From Octopus sinensis (taxonomy: Eukaryota), in contig NW_021836790.1 in NCBI RefSeq assembly GCF_006345805.1, forward strand, positions 1 to 22,814: a stretch of 22,814 nucleotides of DNA, in the 5' to 3' direction. This document shows positions 20,095 to 22,814 of this stretch, piece after piece. Both the position numbers and the translations under genes were made by a program. How positions within the stretch are numbered: position 1 is the stretch's first letter; every line of letters begins with the position of its first letter. The notes under the pieces were generated by a model. That model made no database searches and was not told where the DNA came from. It worked only from the letters and a program-made list of their open reading frames with translations.

Positions 20095-20494
20095 CTAGCA
20101 GTATCGCCCGGCGTTGCTCGGGTTTGTAAGGCAAATAACTATATAAGCATTTTTAGAGATGTAAAGTATAATAGCCAACTCAATATGGCTGACCACAAAG
20201 GGGGGGGTGTTACTCTAGCTCTTTACGTTCTGACATTTAATAATACATTTTTAGAGAGTTACTTCCCTTATATAAACCGAGCGAAAATGCATTAAAAATG
20301 CGGAAAAATTATGGTAAATTTTTTTTAAATCGTTGACTCATCGTAGACGCGCGCTAATTCCCAGAAGGGCTCGATATGAATCCCGACTATAAGATATCCG
20401 CTTTTGGTTAAACTGCACCGCAAAATGTGGGAGTAGTTAGGAATCTAAATCGTAGGAGACAGACACCACACAACCTCACTTTTATATATATAGA
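20095..20494 (-). mobile_element. Non-autonomous Helitron, copy 2 (400 bp)
   Basis: The minus strand starts A^TCTATATATATAAAAG and ends with hairpin CCCGAGCAACGCCGGG plus CTAG^T. Colinear with 1306-1702 except for one ~98 bp module. Confidence 0.87.
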
Positions 20495-20945
20495 TATCCG
20501 GCTTTCATATTGTAAATAAATTTACGCTATTAGAGTTATATACGAAACACTGCGTTCACACAAAGTGTATTCTTAGGACTGCAGCAAATATTTACGTTGT
20601 AACCTTTAATTCATTTCTTACGTTTGAAACTCAAACTTCCGCTCGTAAACATATATGATGCCTGTCAAAGTGTTGCCAAGTAAGTCCAGATCGGACAAGA
20701 TATCTTAGATGTTACAGACAATAGCTGTCAGCAATGCTTGAGCTGGAATTTGAAGTCAACGACATCTAACACATAACCGCTAGGACAATCACCTACATAT
20801 CCAAGAAGTTCAGGAACAAACAAAAATACAATATCTACGGTTTCGAAATGAGGTGGATGTTATTTCGAAACTTTTTCTCTCAGATAGTTGTCGAACCAAA
20901 GACCAGGGGTGTGTCCACTGGCAACTTTCATTTGATCGTTGGATA

Positions 20946-21180
20946 TATATTTCTTTATTGCCAACAAGGAGCTAAACATTGAGAGGACAAATAAGGACAG
21001 ACAAAGGGATTAAGTCGATTACATCGACCCCAGTGCGTAACTGGTACTAAATTTATCGACCCCGAAAGGACGAAAGGCAAAGTCGACCTCGGCGGAATTT
21101 GAACTCAGAACGTAATGGTAGACGAAATACCGCTAAGCATTTCGCCCGGCGCGCTAACGTTTCTGCCAGCTCGACGCCTT
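20946..21180 (-). mobile_element. Full-length tRNA-derived SINE (head H2, tail T1) with perfect 16 bp TSD
   Basis: Reverse complement of the 6507/14693 family. TSD ATTTGATCGTTGGATA at 20930-20945 and 21181-21196. Confidence 0.95.
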
Positions 21181-21356
21181 ATTTGATCGTTGGATAGGTT
21201 TTGCTTTCCGTCATACTTTGCGTGCAAGAAAACTCAGCCAGAAGGGTTGGTAGGGTTGTTTACTTAGGTACTGAAGGGCCCAAGTTGTGATAGGTTCTGC
21301 TGGATTATATGTTGCAGTAAGAATGACCTGACACATGCATTCACACATACACCTTA

Positions 21357-21465
21357 AACAGCCGAAATTTGCAATGATGAATCGGTTTCTGACTGAAGAA
21401 TGAAGGTTTTGAATGACCCGTCTGTTTTTTATGTTCGTCCCTTCGTGTATTTCACGTTATTTATA
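21357..21465 (+). mobile_element. (TA)n-anchored repeat family F, copy 2
   Basis: CAGCCGAAATTTGCAATGATGAATCGGTTTCTGACTGAAGAATGAAGGTTTTGAATGACCCGTC, ending in AT-rich simple repeat. Confidence 0.65.
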
Positions 21466-21620
21466 TTTATATATGTAAAGTTTTATACATGTATATACCT
21501 CTCTCCGTCTATATAAACATACGTACATACATGTACGTATATGCATACACGCATACATATATACAAGTGTATATATGTGTATATATATAAATATATTTGT
21601 ATACACATATATGTACAGAT

Positions 21621-21706
21621 GCAGTGGTAAAAAGCTTGACTCCCAACAACAAGGTTCTGGAGTCAGTACCCCTGTGTGGAATCTTAGGCAAGCGTCTTCT
21701 ATTATA
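21621..21706 (+). mobile_element. Diverged SINE head H1 fragment
   Basis: GCAGTGGTAAAAAGCTTGACTCCCAACAACAAGGTTC...TCAGTACCCCTGTGTGGAATCTTAGGCAAGCGTCTTCTATTATA. Confidence 0.75.
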
Positions 21707-22143
21707 AAGATAATGACTTTATCCTAATTATGTATGTGTGTATATACACATGTATATATGTATATATGTATATATAGGGATATATATATATACATATATA
21801 TTAACATATATGTACATACACACACACGCACACACAAACACATACACAAACACATACACACACGCACACACACACAGACACAGATAAATATCGGTGCATA
21901 TTCAAAGCCAGTGAACAGTAATTTACGTAACAGGTATGCCTTTGAATCTCTTTAACAATTCACAATAATGACTTTTATTACTAGTAGTATTCCTACCTCA
22001 GTTCATCTAATTGTATATATCTATCATTACTTTTCATAAAAAGCTTTTACTTTTTTGTTTTCCAATGTGCATTTTCACTTTTTTTCTTACTTTCCCTTTA
22101 CATTTCCGCGTGTAGTCTCTAGTTTCTTTTTGTAACATATTTC

Positions 22144-22207
<64 letters not shown>

Positions 22208-22223
22208 ATATATTATATATATA

Positions 22224-22426
22224 AAGGGAAAGTTTACGAAAATACAAAAGACGAAGGCAGGTGGAGTACTAACAAACAAATGTATTAGTATAGCGCTCAG
22301 AATAGAAAAAGTCTTTTACGTTTCGAGCCTACGCTCTTCGACAGAAGATACACAGAAAAAAAAAAACAAGGAGAGAAACAAGGAGAGAAAAAAATGCGTG
22401 TAGGAGCTAACGATCTATCATGGCTC

Positions 22427-22430
<4 letters not shown>
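22224..22430 (-). mobile_element. Repeat family E, longest copy, flanked by (TA)n on both sides, with hammerhead-like motif
   Basis: About 205 bp island between two (TA)n tracts; related fragments at 1711 and 19780. Confidence 0.75.
22311..22351 (-). ncRNA. Degenerate minimal type-I hammerhead-like motif
   Basis: Minus strand: GTATCTT-CTGTCGA-A-GAGC gtag GCTC-GAAAC-GTA-AAAGAC. This gives a core with one mismatch plus an extra A, a 4-bp helix II, intact GAAA, palindromic ACGT, a GUA site and an imperfect helix I. Confidence 0.55.
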
Positions 22431-22485
<55 letters not shown>

Positions 22486-22514
22486 TTATCTACTAGCTAC
22501 AAAATTCATCCAAG

Positions 22515-22792
22515 TGTAGGACCATGGGCCATACGACCCCTACCCAATTCAGGATCACAACATATATACTTCAACACAATTTCTTTTTCGCAACAGGCTC
22601 TGTCTTTTTTAACATAGTCCCGAAAAAGATCAAAGAGGAGAAGGATCCCATCACTTTTAAACGGAATGCGGAAAAATTTCCTCAAGGAATACCAGATAAG
22701 CCCCCCCCCCCACACCATACCTGGATACAACTCACCCAACAACAACTCCCTACTCGAATGGACCATGATACTACAAAGCTTGACTTGAAAAA
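22515..22792 (+). mobile_element. 3' end of a CR1-group LINE ORF2 (decayed)
   Basis: HNFFFATGSVFFNIVPKKIKEEKDPITFKRNAEKFPQGIPDKP, a frameshift in the C-run, then IPGYNSPNNNSLLEW. This resembles the C-terminal pattern NSF...LFNxLP..IR....FKxxLDxFL..IPDxP..PGY....NSLxxW. Confidence 0.6.
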
Positions 22793-22814
22793 GATTTAGC
22801 TATCCTATAAGGTG

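Noticed and set aside
20680-20685. Consensus splice donor GTAAGT
   Set aside because: An isolated hexamer with no supporting upstream acceptor or coding frame.
1-22814. Most ORFs in the supplied six-frame track (poly-F/L/I/Y, YIYI, THTH, CVCV peptides)
   Set aside because: They are translations of microsatellites that lack stop codons in some frames; there is no evidence of coding function.

Overview
This is AT-rich, microsatellite-dense eukaryotic DNA. The SINE families and repeat landscape look like an octopus or other coleoid cephalopod genome (inferred from the repeats, not verified). I found no host protein-coding gene that I can support, and almost all ORFs in the supplied track are translations of simple repeats. 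Between the microsatellites lies a mosaic of mobile-element remains. These include about 12 tRNA-derived SINE copies or fragments with mix-and-match heads and tails, three ~400 bp non-autonomous Helitrons, mariner transposase relics, two inverted-repeat (MITE/foldback) elements and two CR1-group LINE 3' fragments. The most interesting component is Penelope-like retroelement (PLE) material. One ~2.2 kb PLE has a decayed RT, no recognisable GIY-YIG endonuclease, and a degenerate type-I hammerhead ribozyme in its 3' region. There are also two separate GIY-YIG fragments and several short (TA)n-anchored repeats, two of which carry their own degenerate minimal hammerheads. All motif calls were made by eye and need HMM or covariance-model confirmation.
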